From positions 145,948,001 to 146,012,000 of the forward strand of contig NC_042998.1 in assembly GCF_006345805.1 (NCBI RefSeq): 64,000 bases of DNA, written 5' to 3'. This document shows, in pieces, positions 43,002 through 54,895 of this stretch. A model generated the notes under the pieces. That model made no database searches, was not told the origin of the DNA, and worked only from the letters and a program-made list of their open reading frames with translations. Every line of letters starts with the position of its first letter. Within the stretch, counting starts at the first letter, position 1. A program made the position numbers and the translations under genes. Source of the DNA: Octopus sinensis (lineage: Eukaryota).

Positions 43002-44404
43002 AGCTAGCTATCTCTGTCTATCTATACTTATCATTATTCTCTCCTTTATTTCCATACACAGCACTCGTTAGTAGTATATTTTCTCTTTGGGTTGGTCCGT
43101 GTTCATTATGAATAAGTTGTCTCAAGTATGTTTGAAATACCTGCTTATCGTAGAAGTCTATTAAATTTAGATTGTTGCATTTGCTTTAACTGTATACCAT
43201 TATGGTTAAATACATCAACTTAGCAGGAATCTAATTTTAATATTCTTGTACATCATGCAGATATTTCAATCATTCTTTGAGAAACAGAGAATATACTTTA
43301 CATACGATGTCTCCAAAAGTTCAATGCCAGTTCTCACAAGGAACAAAAAAACACTATTAATAACTAATATTTATGGAAAAATAGAAAGAATATTCATAGC
43401 TTCATATATGCGTGAATGTTTGTATGTCTGTATGTATATATGCATGTATGTATGTATGTATGTATGTATGTATGTATGTATGTATGTATGTATGTATGTA
43501 TGTATGTATGTATGCATGTATGTATGAAGATTATCATTTGGTTTTACTTCCAGATTTCTTGCCAATGGTTGAAAAAGTCAGCTTCTAACCAAGATCCAAA
43601 GCTCTTCTTTAGAATTTCAACATCAGCAGATATTTGTGTACGCATATGTGTATATATGCAAGTATTTGGAGTGAGTGCATGTGCAGAATTGAATAAATAA
43701 GTTAAAAAATACAAAGGCGCTTATGTCGGAAGTTCTAGCAATAAGAATATGGTTGACCCACAAATCAATGTAGGAGACCATGATTATTATTATTACTAAC
43801 AATAATCTCGTACCTTATTCTACACCTTCTGTATATCTGAAAGAAATGGCAGTATTTCACTGCCGCATATATGGGATGGCCTCCCTTACTGATGTAATAA
43901 AAGGTCTACCGTCAGTGGGTTGAAAGAAGTTTCAGCCATCTGTAATCAATAAAGACCTTGACTGATTATGCCGCATTTCAACAAGGGATGCAGTCACATG
44001 GGAGAAGGGAAAATGGACAGCGATTGTTCCCACCTATATTTATATCTTCCGTGTACCTGAGACTATAGAAGTCGTTTGTATTTCATTGTTGCAGTTGTGC
44101 AGAACATCTCGGCCAGTACAACACTATTTTGCTCTTAGTTGGAAATCTGACAATTATATACCACACACACACTTACTTACGTGACACATGTCAGACAAGC
44201 GCAAGATTTTTTTAAAAAACTAAAAAGAGCAGAGCACACATCAGACTCTCGTTTTTACACACTATTCCCAGTGATGATATAAAGTCAAGACAACTGCTTG
44301 TATATGAGAACGTAGAGGACAGCCAAAGTGACTGAAGGAATCTCTAAACTACATTCAACCATCTAATTTGCTGCATGTCGAGGTCATAAAACATTATTCT
44401 AGAT

Positions 44405-44708
44405 CGGTGGTATTCAACCATTTTTACTATGGACCCCTCCAAAGTCATTCGATGTGTAAAAACTAGTTTTATAGGCGCTCCTTTCAAAATTCCTATTTTA
44501 TTTTTCAGACAATAACTTGTGTAAGTTAAACTATGTAAAACGTTAGGGAAAGAAACCTAGCTGTTTCTTGTAATAAATAGAGCAAAATTTTTTCATAGAC
44601 AATTAGAATACTACTGTTGATCCCCAGTTTATTATTTTACTTGCATGGGCCCCCAAAAGTCTTACATGGACCATCAGTGGTCATATGAACCCCGGTTGAG
44701 AACCACTA
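44405..44708. mobile_element. hAT (Charlie-like) MITE, 304 bp
   Basis: Termini CGGTGGTATTCAACC / GGTTGAGAACCACTA (consensus CAGTGGTTCTCAACC); 8-bp TSD TTCTAGAT (44397-44404) vs TTCTATAT (44709-44716). Confidence 0.85.
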
Positions 44709-45266
44709 TTCTATATGTTTGCCCTGCCCCATGGCTTCCAGTCCAGCATGATAAGTGCGTTGCTACTTGTACCAGCCCTCCACAATTGACCTGATGCTAT
44801 CAACTTCGAAGTTATTGAGATGACGGTTACTTATTTCTTCCATGCTGCATTAAATGAAACGAAAATATGCCACTAAGCATATACACAAATTTATTATGTA
44901 TATGTACACAATATCGGATAGTCATTGACTTTCCTGAGTATATATACACACATATATGACCTTACGTACATCTATGTGCGTGTAAATATACAACATTCGA
45001 TTTTATACTAAACGGTTTGTACCAGACGACTAGGCAGATTATATCATTATATCATGATATAATTAGACTCGTAATTTGAATTTTTACTGCTTTAGAAACA
45101 AGTGTTGAACTTAAATGCATTTTTCCATTTTTATTCTTCATATATATATATATATAGGTAAAAAAGTAATTGCGTAAAAAAATTAATGAATGCGTGCGTT
45201 ACGTAAATAATTTCAGGATTAAATAAAGACATCAAACGGAAAATATGACATGTCTGTATGTGTATA

Positions 45267-45355
<89 letters not shown>

Positions 45356-45600
45356 TATATATATATTCCTTCTTTATGTTTCCGACGAAGAGCTCCGCTC
45401 GAAACGTCATACCCTCCTGCTTCCATTTCCTGAGCGCCTATAATAATAATACTGTAATTGTTCCATTGTTGTTGTTTTTTTGTTTTCCCGTTTGGATTAA
45501 AATTATATATATATATATACATAATTCAAAAAACATGTAGTAAATAAAAATATGAACATACACTAAATACATAGCCGAACGAAAAACACAGAAGGTCACC

Positions 45601-45663
45601 AACTCATCTTCAGTTATCGGTCAGAGAGTCGAGCGCAATTTCGGTCATTATCGATAATATTGC
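45601..45663 (-). ncRNA. Candidate permuted/pseudoknotted hammerhead ribozyme, second family
   Basis: GCAAU-A^UUAUCG ... CC-GAA-AUUGC ... CGAUAA-CUGAAGA-UGAG; stems III (5 bp) and I (6 bp) are perfect, stem II is weak. Confidence 0.5.
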
Positions 45664-47141
45664 TTCCACTCTGGAGGTACCGGCAAGAAACTTGCCGGGG
45701 ATGGGACCAAAATATAACAAAACGAGATGGGCTCGAGACGATACCGTTAGTAGACGGACGAGGGACAAGACAATAAACAGAATAAAGGCTTAGGGCCACA
45801 CGAAGGCAACAATGAAAATGATAATAATACATATACAACAACAAAAAAGCCTTAGGGATGCAAGACAAAACAAAAATGGGTAACGCGAAAGAGAAATGAA
45901 AAACTGTTCTAAAGGACTATAGATACGGGGTGGAATCAGAAAATCGTGACCAGTCCGAAAAAGAATGATTCCGCCTTAGGCTGTCATGAATCACATGAAA
46001 ATGGGAGAAGGGTTTCAGAGAAAGACAGACAGCAAGAGAGGGAGAGACAGAGACAGAGACAGAGAGATAGAGAGAGAGAGTAGCAAACAGCTCAAGCCAT
46101 ACTTTTCCATTTAACCATGTTCAATGATTACTCTTTTACTTGTTTCAGTCATTTGACTGTGGCCATGCTGGAGCACCACCCAGTGGGACTGAACCCGGAA
46201 CCATGTGGTTGGTTTTAGCAAGCTACTTACCACCTCTACTTCTGGATAGTTATCAGTATGAGACTATTTAATAACAATTGGCTTATGAGTTTCAAATATT
46301 TTATAAACTGTACGTGTGTTTAATTGTGTGCATGTGTGTTTGTGTGTGTGTGCGTGGAAGTGGAGAGAGGGAGATAGAGACAGGCAGACAGAGATACAAA
46401 CAGAAATCCTCTCGCTTGTGAGTGACTTGACAGATGTTTTTTTTTTCTTCTTTTATGAAACTGAAATCAAACAATTCACATTTTGAGAGAATGTACGAAA
46501 TTTTAAATTTGTACGTATCATATAAAAGTTTAAAATATATCATGCAATAAATACCTTTTTATTGTCTTTTGGCGCTAAATTTAACTAAAATTGGTTGAAA
46601 ATAGCTTCTCAAAAAATTTATATTACATACTTTCATTAGGTGCGAACCAATTTCCATATTTTATCTTCCAAGAGTACGAGTTTTATTATGCACGAGGTGT
46701 TTTGTAGAGTTTCCTTTCCGTTAAACTCCTCCACTCACCTAGCATTAATAATCGGTTCGTTTACCTCTTATAACACTATTTTTTCTCTAAGCACCATCAC
46801 GCACACATAAACGCACTCCAATGCATTTTAATTTACCCGCCCACCGGTTTCCACTCATTCGTATACATTATTTCTTTTTTTAACACACATACGCATATAC
46901 ACATGTACGCATACATACGTGTAAAAATATATGAAGATATACATACCTATATGCATACATAGAAACATACATATATACATAAATGTGTACGTGCATGCAT
47001 GTATGCATGAATGCGTGTATCATACATGCATGAATGTATGATATCATGCATGCATACATCTGTAAATACATATATGAATACATGTATACATACATACGTA
47101 CATGCATAAGTACATACATACTGGCATACATATACACGTAC

Positions 47142-47180
<39 letters not shown>

Positions 47181-47954
47181 GCACATACATATATACATAT
47201 ACGTACACACCTACATATATGTATACAGTGATACAAACACACAAACATTCATGCATACATACAAGAATATGTATGTGTGTGTATGTATCTGTGAATGTAT
47301 GTATACAAACATACATACATGTCTACATATATACTACATAGGTACCACATACATACATGTATGCATACATATTTATGTACATACATACACACACACACAC
47401 ATACACATAAGCGTACATACATACACATAAAGAGCTAGATGTCAATTAGTACAAAGCAAACCTTTAAAAATCTCATATATATTCAGCTGATATTCATTAA
47501 TTGCTAATAAAATATGGTAATAAATTCCAAACTATTGAAAATGTGCAAGCAAAATTTTAATAAACCGTTTTCAACCTTTTTAATTTAATTAAAAACTAAA
47601 AAAAACAGTTAAACATCTTTATTTTATTGTTTTTTTTTATGAGAGGCATAGATTTTTCATTTTTGCACATTAAAAAATTTCGTACTAAATCTAATTTAGT
47701 ATCGTAGTAAGTGAAAAAAGAGGAGTCGGTGGAGAATCGGATAGAATGCTTTGGGGTAATTGTTGTTGCTGTTTGCTCTTTGAGTTCAAATTCCGACTTT
47801 GTTGAAGTCAATAAATAAGATAACAGTCAAGTACTGAGATAGATTGACTTACCCCTCCCCACAAAACTGCTGGCCTTGTGTCGAAATATGAAACTATTAT
47901 TGTTGATATTATTCTTTCTCTTTCTTTCTTTCTTTCTCCCTGTCTCTCTTTCTC

Positions 47955-48050
<96 letters not shown>

Positions 48051-48404
48051 AATCAGTTGTTTCCTTACGCTGAGACACGTTGTTGATGACTACTCGCAGC
48101 ATTCTTTACTTGTTTTCGTAACCTCATCAATGACATACCCTCTCTACTCGAGGTCTCTCCACTGCAGGCGACAAAAGGACTTTGACAAACCTAGCTGACT
48201 GTTTGATTGAACGAACGATTAATCAAACTATCGTTTAGTTAATTGGTTAAATAGTTAACCAATTGACAAATAAAAAAGTGAAAAAGTGAGTGTGTAAATA
48301 TGCATCAATATGTGTGTGTGCCTATGCATGTGCGTGTGTGTGAGAATGTGTGTGTGTACATACATACATGTTGGCTGAATACGTTATATATATATATGTA
48401 TATG

Positions 48405-48461
<57 letters not shown>

Positions 48462-48634
48462 ATGCATGTATATATATATATATATAATACAAACTGGGAC
48501 AAAAACGCAAAACATTTTGATGACGACACAAAAAACACGGACGGGACATTCGAAGCCTTCAATCTTCAGTCAAGAACTGAATCATCCTCGCAATTTCGGT
48601 TGATTAATATATATGTGTGTGTGTGTGTGTATAC

Positions 48635-48939
48635 CTGTTTTTTCGTTGTTTAAAAAAATGGTCCGTTCCATGCTGTTTTTACGTTTTCGTTTCTCGTTGA
48701 GTTCTACGTCTATTTGTGGTGTCCTGTACACACGTATATATATTTATATATGCATGTATATATACATGTAGATGTAGGTACGTACATATATGTTTGTATG
48801 TATGCATATATTTTATTTATTACACTATTGTATGATTGAGCGCCTTCGCGTCGATTCTCTAAGCTGGTTTTTATATATAATTATGACGCGAAACCCTATA
48901 ACTCCTTCTTCTCTCTTTCTTTCACCCTCTATTGCTTCC

Positions 48940-48986
<47 letters not shown>

Positions 48987-49584
48987 TCCTCATCTCTCTC
49001 ACAGCCGGGTCTACGAACCTCTTTCACCGGCGGCCTTGTTCAAGTAAACATGTTTCTTCCTGCGCTCGTGAAAAAAAATTTTTTTTCCTCGTCTAGGCTT
49101 ATAGGCCCTCTTTATTTGTTTTCCTGTCCTGTTTCTATTCCTTCTTGTACTGTATTTTTTGTAATTGTATTTTATTTTGTATTTGTTTTTAATTGTATTG
49201 TTTTTACGTCCTGTTTTTGTCACACTTTTTTTTTACCTTGTTTTTACCCCTCTGCAAAGGAATTTTATTTAATTCTTTCGCAGGAAGGATTAGTTCGACG
49301 AGACGTGTTCTGTCCTCACCTTCGAAACACGCTGGAGTTGAACTAGGGACAGCTGATGAAGAGGATTTTTCCTCGTGTAGTTGTCTTGTACTCTGTTTTT
49401 TCGTTGTTAAAAAAATGGTCCGTTCCATGCTGTTTTTACGTTTTCGTTTCTCGTTGAGTTCTACGTCTATTTGTGGTGTCCTGTACACACGTATATATAT
49501 TATATATGCATGTATATATACATATAGATGTAGGTACGTACATATATGTTTGTATGTATGCATATATTTTATTTATTACACTAT
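48635..49584 (+). mobile_element. Element with ~190-bp direct terminal repeats (48635-48828 and 49393-49584; period 758 bp), with the permuted hammerhead just before the second repeat
   Basis: CTGTTTTTTCGTTG...TTACACTAT occurs twice, nearly identical; microsatellites flank both ends. Confidence 0.7.
49304..49374 (+). ncRNA. Candidate permuted/pseudoknotted hammerhead ribozyme
   Basis: CGUGU-U^CUGUCC ... CUUC-GAA-ACACG ... GGACAG-CUGAUGA-A-GAGG; stems III (5 bp), I (6-7 bp) and II (4 bp) all pair, but in a non-nested order. Confidence 0.6.
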
Positions 49585-49586
49585 AT

Positions 49587-49632
<46 letters not shown>

Positions 49633-49635
<3 letters not shown>

Positions 49636-49969
49636 ATATAAGGGTAACAAAAAATTCAAGAAAAATTTTCTGCAACCAGCGGTCAAGTGAGAAAATAGAG
49701 ATAGTCACAGACTATATAATATATTCAACAAATAATTAAGGAATGACCCTGAGAAGGTCGTTCGACTCACTTGAAAAGAGCAGCTAAACTCAAAACCGCA
49801 AAAATAGTAGTAATTCTGAACTAGAGGAGAAATAAAAACATGAAGGGGATAAATGTTTTTATTTCTCCTCTAGTTTCAGAATTACTACTATTTTTGCGGT
49901 TTTGAGTTTAGCTGTTCTTTTGAAGTGAGCCGAACGACCTTCTCAGGGTCATTCCTTAATTATTTGTTG
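49633..49969. repeat. Fold-back copy of a ~220-bp repeat family (single copy at 19771-19993 +)
   Basis: Arms 49726-49841 and 49853-49969 are reverse complements around an 11-nt loop; (TA)n flanks. Confidence 0.8.
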
Positions 49970-49989
49970 TATATAATATAATATATATA

Positions 49990-50102
<113 letters not shown>

Positions 50103-50273
50103 CATATATATGTGTGTGTGTATGTATATATATGTATGTGTGTATATATATATATAATTATATATATATATATATATGTATGTGTGTATATATATAAATA
50201 TATATATATACATATAGTATATATATATATATATGTGTGTGTGTGTATATACATATATATGTGTGTGTGTATG

Positions 50274-50304
<31 letters not shown>

Positions 50305-50550
50305 ATGTGTATATATATATATATATGTATGTGTGTGTATATATATAAATATATATATATATGATTCGTTAGTTACTGCACGCATTTTTTTCTCTCTGTG
50401 TATCTTTCTGTTGAAGAGCGTAGGCTCGAAACGTTAAAGACTTGTTTTATTTATATTTCCTGAGCGCCATACTAATACAATTGTTTGTTTGTTTCCCACC
50501 TGCCTTCGTCTTTTGTCTATTTTCATAAAGCTTCCCGTTATATATATATA

Positions 50551-50591
<41 letters not shown>

Positions 50592-50608
50592 TATATAATA
50601 TATATATA

Positions 50609-50655
<47 letters not shown>

Positions 50656-51182
50656 TTATATATACATATATGTATATATATATATATGTGTATGTGTATA
50701 TATACATATATATGTGTGTGTGTGTGTACATATATACTTCATCTTAACCAAAAGGCAAAGAAATTGTGTATGTGTGTATGTATGTATGCATGTGTACATG
50801 TGTGTGTGCGTGTACGCGTGTGTGGAGAGAGAGATCCATATATCACATTTAACATACACACACTGTCGATAGACCATTTACTGCTGTATTTGTTTAGAGA
50901 TAACATCTCTTATGGACGTACTGTGTTAAAAATAAAATAAATACCAGAGGGAAATGAAAATTCATCCCAAAACGACCAACCAGAATGCCAGACGCATTTC
51001 AGTATTCATGGGTCTTTTCAATGGTGTGTACTCACAGTCTACATTATTCTTGAATGAGAATTCATCGTCTCTGATACAGGAAAAAAGGAACAGAACATTT
51101 CGTGATGTTGCTAATAACCCTCCCTCTGAATAAAAAATATCCGGTATACGCAATTGAAGCAGTCTTAAATTTAAATAGTTGT

Positions 51183-54075
51183 CTCTTTTACTCTTTTACT
51201 TGTTTCAGCCATCCGGCTGAGGCCATGCTGGGGCACCGCCCTTGTTGCTACCTTCTCTAAGTCCAGTTTGCCGTGGCTGGCCACTGATCTAAGAGAGAGT
51301 TTGTAGCTGCTGCCCTTAGGTTACCTTCGTACCTTGCAGTGGGTTCATCTGGGATCCCGGAAAGCAGCTTGTCTAGATGTTTTTTGAAAATGTCCACATC
51401 GCATCATGTAGATCTCTTAGTTTTCTTGGCAGTTTGTTGAACAGCTGAGGGCCCCTGAACCCCAGGCTATTACAGTATCTGCTCCTTACCCTGGATGTGG
51501 AAGACGGGACCTTTGGCACCACACAGTGACGTCCTATACGGGAATTGGAACAGCTCTCAATTCCAAAATTTGGTGCTAGTCCCTCCAGGATTTTCCATAT
51601 GTATATCACTGCATATCTCTCTCGTCTTCGTTCCAAGGAGTACAAATTGAGTTCCCTAAGCCTCTCCCAATAGTTCTTTTCTTTCATGGTGGAAATCCTC
51701 TTGGTGAAATGTCTTTGGATTGTCTCAAGCTCTGTGGTTAGTTTGACACTATGCGGTGACCACAGTTGGGAGCAGTAGTCCAGGCGGCTTAGGACAAATG
51801 TCCTCCATAGTGTCAACATGGTCTCGCAGTCTCTTGTCCGGAATGTCCTCAGGATCCAGCCAGTGAGTCGTCTGCACATTGTTGCAACCTTCGCGATGTG
51901 TGAAGAAAAAGATGCATCGTCACTCATGTCTATCCCCAGGTCCCGTATTGATTTCGATACTGGGATTTCGATCCCTCCTGGACCAGTATAGTTGTGTTGT
52001 AATGTATATGTGTTTACAGCTTGATATTGTAAGGCTTGAAATTTACCAGCATTAAATTGCATGTTGTTGTCTTCAGCCCATTTGTATATGGCATCCAGAT
52101 CTTGTTGTAAAAGGTCAGCATCAGCTGGATTTTTGATTGCCTGTGCTACCTTTGTGTCATCAGCATAGCTAGTGAGGGATGTTGTTTGTGCTACCAGGGG
52201 CATGTCAGAGAGCGCCACCAAAAACAGCAAGGGTCCCAAGACTGTGCCCTGTGGCACCCCGCTTGCTATTGGTGTCTTTCCCGAGAGGGCTCCATTGGCT
52301 GCAACCATCTGGCTTCTGTCCTTCAGGAAGTCATGTATCCACTCACCTACTTTTCCTGTTATGCCGAGTCTGAGTAATTTGTGACATATCACTCCGTGGT
52401 CGACTTTGTCAAAGGCCTTCGCAAAGTCGAGATATACCACATCCACCTGTGAGCGATCCAGTAGTTGTTTCAGTACCCAGTCGTAGTGTTGTAACAGCTG
52501 CGTAAGGCAGCTTCTTCCTGGGCGAAAGCCATGCTGTGTGTCAGTGAGACGGTTAGTTTCTTCGAGGAACGTGATCAGTTTTTTTCTGATGATTCGTTCC
52601 ATGACCTTACTTATGTGTGACGTCAGGGAGACTGGCCTGTAGTTTTTGGCCTCTGCTCTACTCCCTCCTTTGTGGATAGGGCATATGGTGTCTTCTTTTA
52701 GCGCCCTGGGCAGTTTACCGTTAGCCAAGGAACCACTGAAGAGCTTCTTCAGTGGTCCCGCTAGGGCATGCCTGCATGTTTTTAGGAGGACTGCTGGGAA
52801 TCCATCTGGTCCAGCAGCTGAGTTTATTCTCATTTCTTCTATGGCAGATATTACATCCCTCTCTGTTATGTCTATGTGGTCGATGGTTGTTGTTGGTTTT
52901 GGAGTGTTGTGGCATCAAAGAAAACTTCTGGGTTTGTGATTTGCATGTGCCCCAGAGGGAATGTGAACACACTTTTATACTGTTCCTTTAGTATTTCACT
53001 TATCCCTTGGGGGTCCTCAGTTAGAGAGCCCTTTTTATCAAAGAGTGGGCCAATCTTGCAGTGTACCGAGGTGGTTTCTTTCGCAAATTTAAAGAAGGCT
53101 TTAGGGTTTGTTTTAATATTCTCTATGGTCCTGGCTTCTCTCTCTGCCCTCTCCTTCTCATAGGAAAGTTTGAGTGCAGTTTCCGTTTCAAAAAGTTTCA
53201 GGTGGAGTCCCTCATTGTTTCTCTGCCGTGCATTCAGTTGCTTCGAGAGCTTAGCTCTTCGCCTCATAAGTATTTTCCTGTCTCTGGGAATATCGTTCCT
53301 ATGCCCGCTGGCTTTTTTCTCCGGGACAAACTTATGGCATATGTTCTGTATTGTTGTCATGAAATGTTGGAAATGTGTGTTGGTGTCTTGTGTGGTGATG
53401 AAGTCACTCCAGTCATGTTTTCGGATCTCTTCGTTGATCTTCTTCCAGTTTGCCTTATGGAAGTTTAGACTGGATAGGCCTGTGGTATTTTCTAATGGCT
53501 GCGTCTCAACTAACTCTCTCATACCATATATCATTACCTCTACTAAGTTGTGATCTGAGAGAATTGTTGGTGTTACCATTATGTGTGGATGAGCATCGGG
53601 TTGCTTGTGAAACAGAGGTCCAAGACATTCTCACCTCTTGTTGGCCGAAGCACTGCTTGTTCCATGAAAAACTTGCGTGTGAGAGCCAACAAGGACTCTG
53701 TCTGTCTCTGTTCAAGTGATGTCATTCCAGGGAGGAGATGGCCGTCTGGCCATTTGACTTTCGGAAGGTTAAAATCTCCCAGCAGTAGAATGGTGTTACC
53801 CTGGTCCAGTTTGTCCAGGACTTCTTCTATTCTTCTGAGGCTATCTTCAAACACTCCTTCATGACTAGGGGTGTCTGGTGGCCGATATGTGACACATTAC
53901 TATTTTCGGTTGTTTCACGTGTACTATCAGTGTGTCACAGACTGAGTTTGAGTGTGTCAACAGTACTATGGGTGTGACATCTTCACGGACGTACAGGGCA
54001 ACCCCACCATGAGTTCTTTCCTTCCTGTCTGACCGAAAAACAGTCTATGTATCATAATCAATAAATACTGCAATA
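51183..54075 (-). mobile_element. CR1/L2-type LINE ORF2 (APE endonuclease + reverse transcriptase), 5'-truncated, about 4 frameshifts, intact 3' tail
   Basis: EN motifs RSDR..GGVALY, YRPP, LLGDFNLP, LDLCFT, SDHNLV (ORFs 53579-53854, 52872-53579). RT motifs YRPVSLTS, QHGFRPGRSC, YLDFAKAFDKVDH, GVPQGTVLGPLLF, YADDTK (ORF 51373-52833). C-terminus FKKHLDKLLSGIPDEP in a shifted frame. Tail ...GCTGAAACAAGTAAAAGAGTAAAAGAG. Confidence 0.95.
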
Positions 54076-54888
54076 TTTGTCCCGATATAATATCTGTTAA
54101 GGACGGTTGTGTTAAAAACTCACAAAATATCAGAGGGAAACGTAATGCCTCTGGCGGCTGCTGGGACAAATTTTCTTCTCTGATATTTGTATTCCTAGCA
54201 CAGCCCATCTGTGAGAGATATTACCTCAGGAAAAATACTACAGTAACTGGCCTATCGATAGTGTGCACACATTGTATATGATAGATGGTTATTGCAATTT
54301 AATACTTCTTCAATTGCATATATAGGAAACACACGCATACAAATTCATACATACATACATACATACAGAAGCAGACAGACAGACAGACAGACGGACGGAC
54401 GGACAGATAGATAGATAGATAGATAGATGCTTAGGCGTAGCTGTGTGGTAAGAAGTTTTCTCCTCAACCACATAGTTCCAGGTTCAGTCCAGGAATGATG
54501 TGGTTGGGTGCATGGCTCCTTGTCTACGACTTCAACCATAGACCGTCAAAAGCCTCGTAAGTGTATTTGGTAGACAGGAACGAAAAGAAAATCGTCGCGC
54601 GCCCATTGTCTGTTAGGTGTTTCCTTCTTTGTTATCTCCACTTTATCCATTTCATCGATACTTATCTCCCTTAAACATATCTAAGGTTCCACTGAAAGTT
54701 CAAGTACGCACTCTCGCACACTCATATCTAACTATTTTAACGTTCTCTTTAACAGAATAACCTGCATACAGATTGTTTTAAGAAAACATATATATATTGA
54801 CTATCAGTAACTGAGTTTATATACAATATTCTGCTGTTACGTTGTGACTTTGGTGAAAATTTAACAGAAGAAAGAATATAAATAAACG

Positions 54889-54895
54889 ATGTCAG
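54889..54895 (+). CDS. Putative first coding micro-exon (ATG TCA G) of the dehydratase gene
   Basis: ATGTCAG|GTAGAA supplies the phase-1 G needed by the acceptor TTTCAG|AG AAT at 57219 (M-S-E-N). The exon is short and the donor is non-consensus, so other first exons are possible. Confidence 0.55.

Noticed and set aside
49770-49800. UUGAAAA-GAG/CUC-AAAA as a U3-A8 hammerhead
   Set aside because: G12 is A in both copies, and no stem III or cleavage strand can be found.
52172-53864. Plus-strand ORFs overlapping the LINE
   Set aside because: Antisense shadows of the CR1 ORF2.
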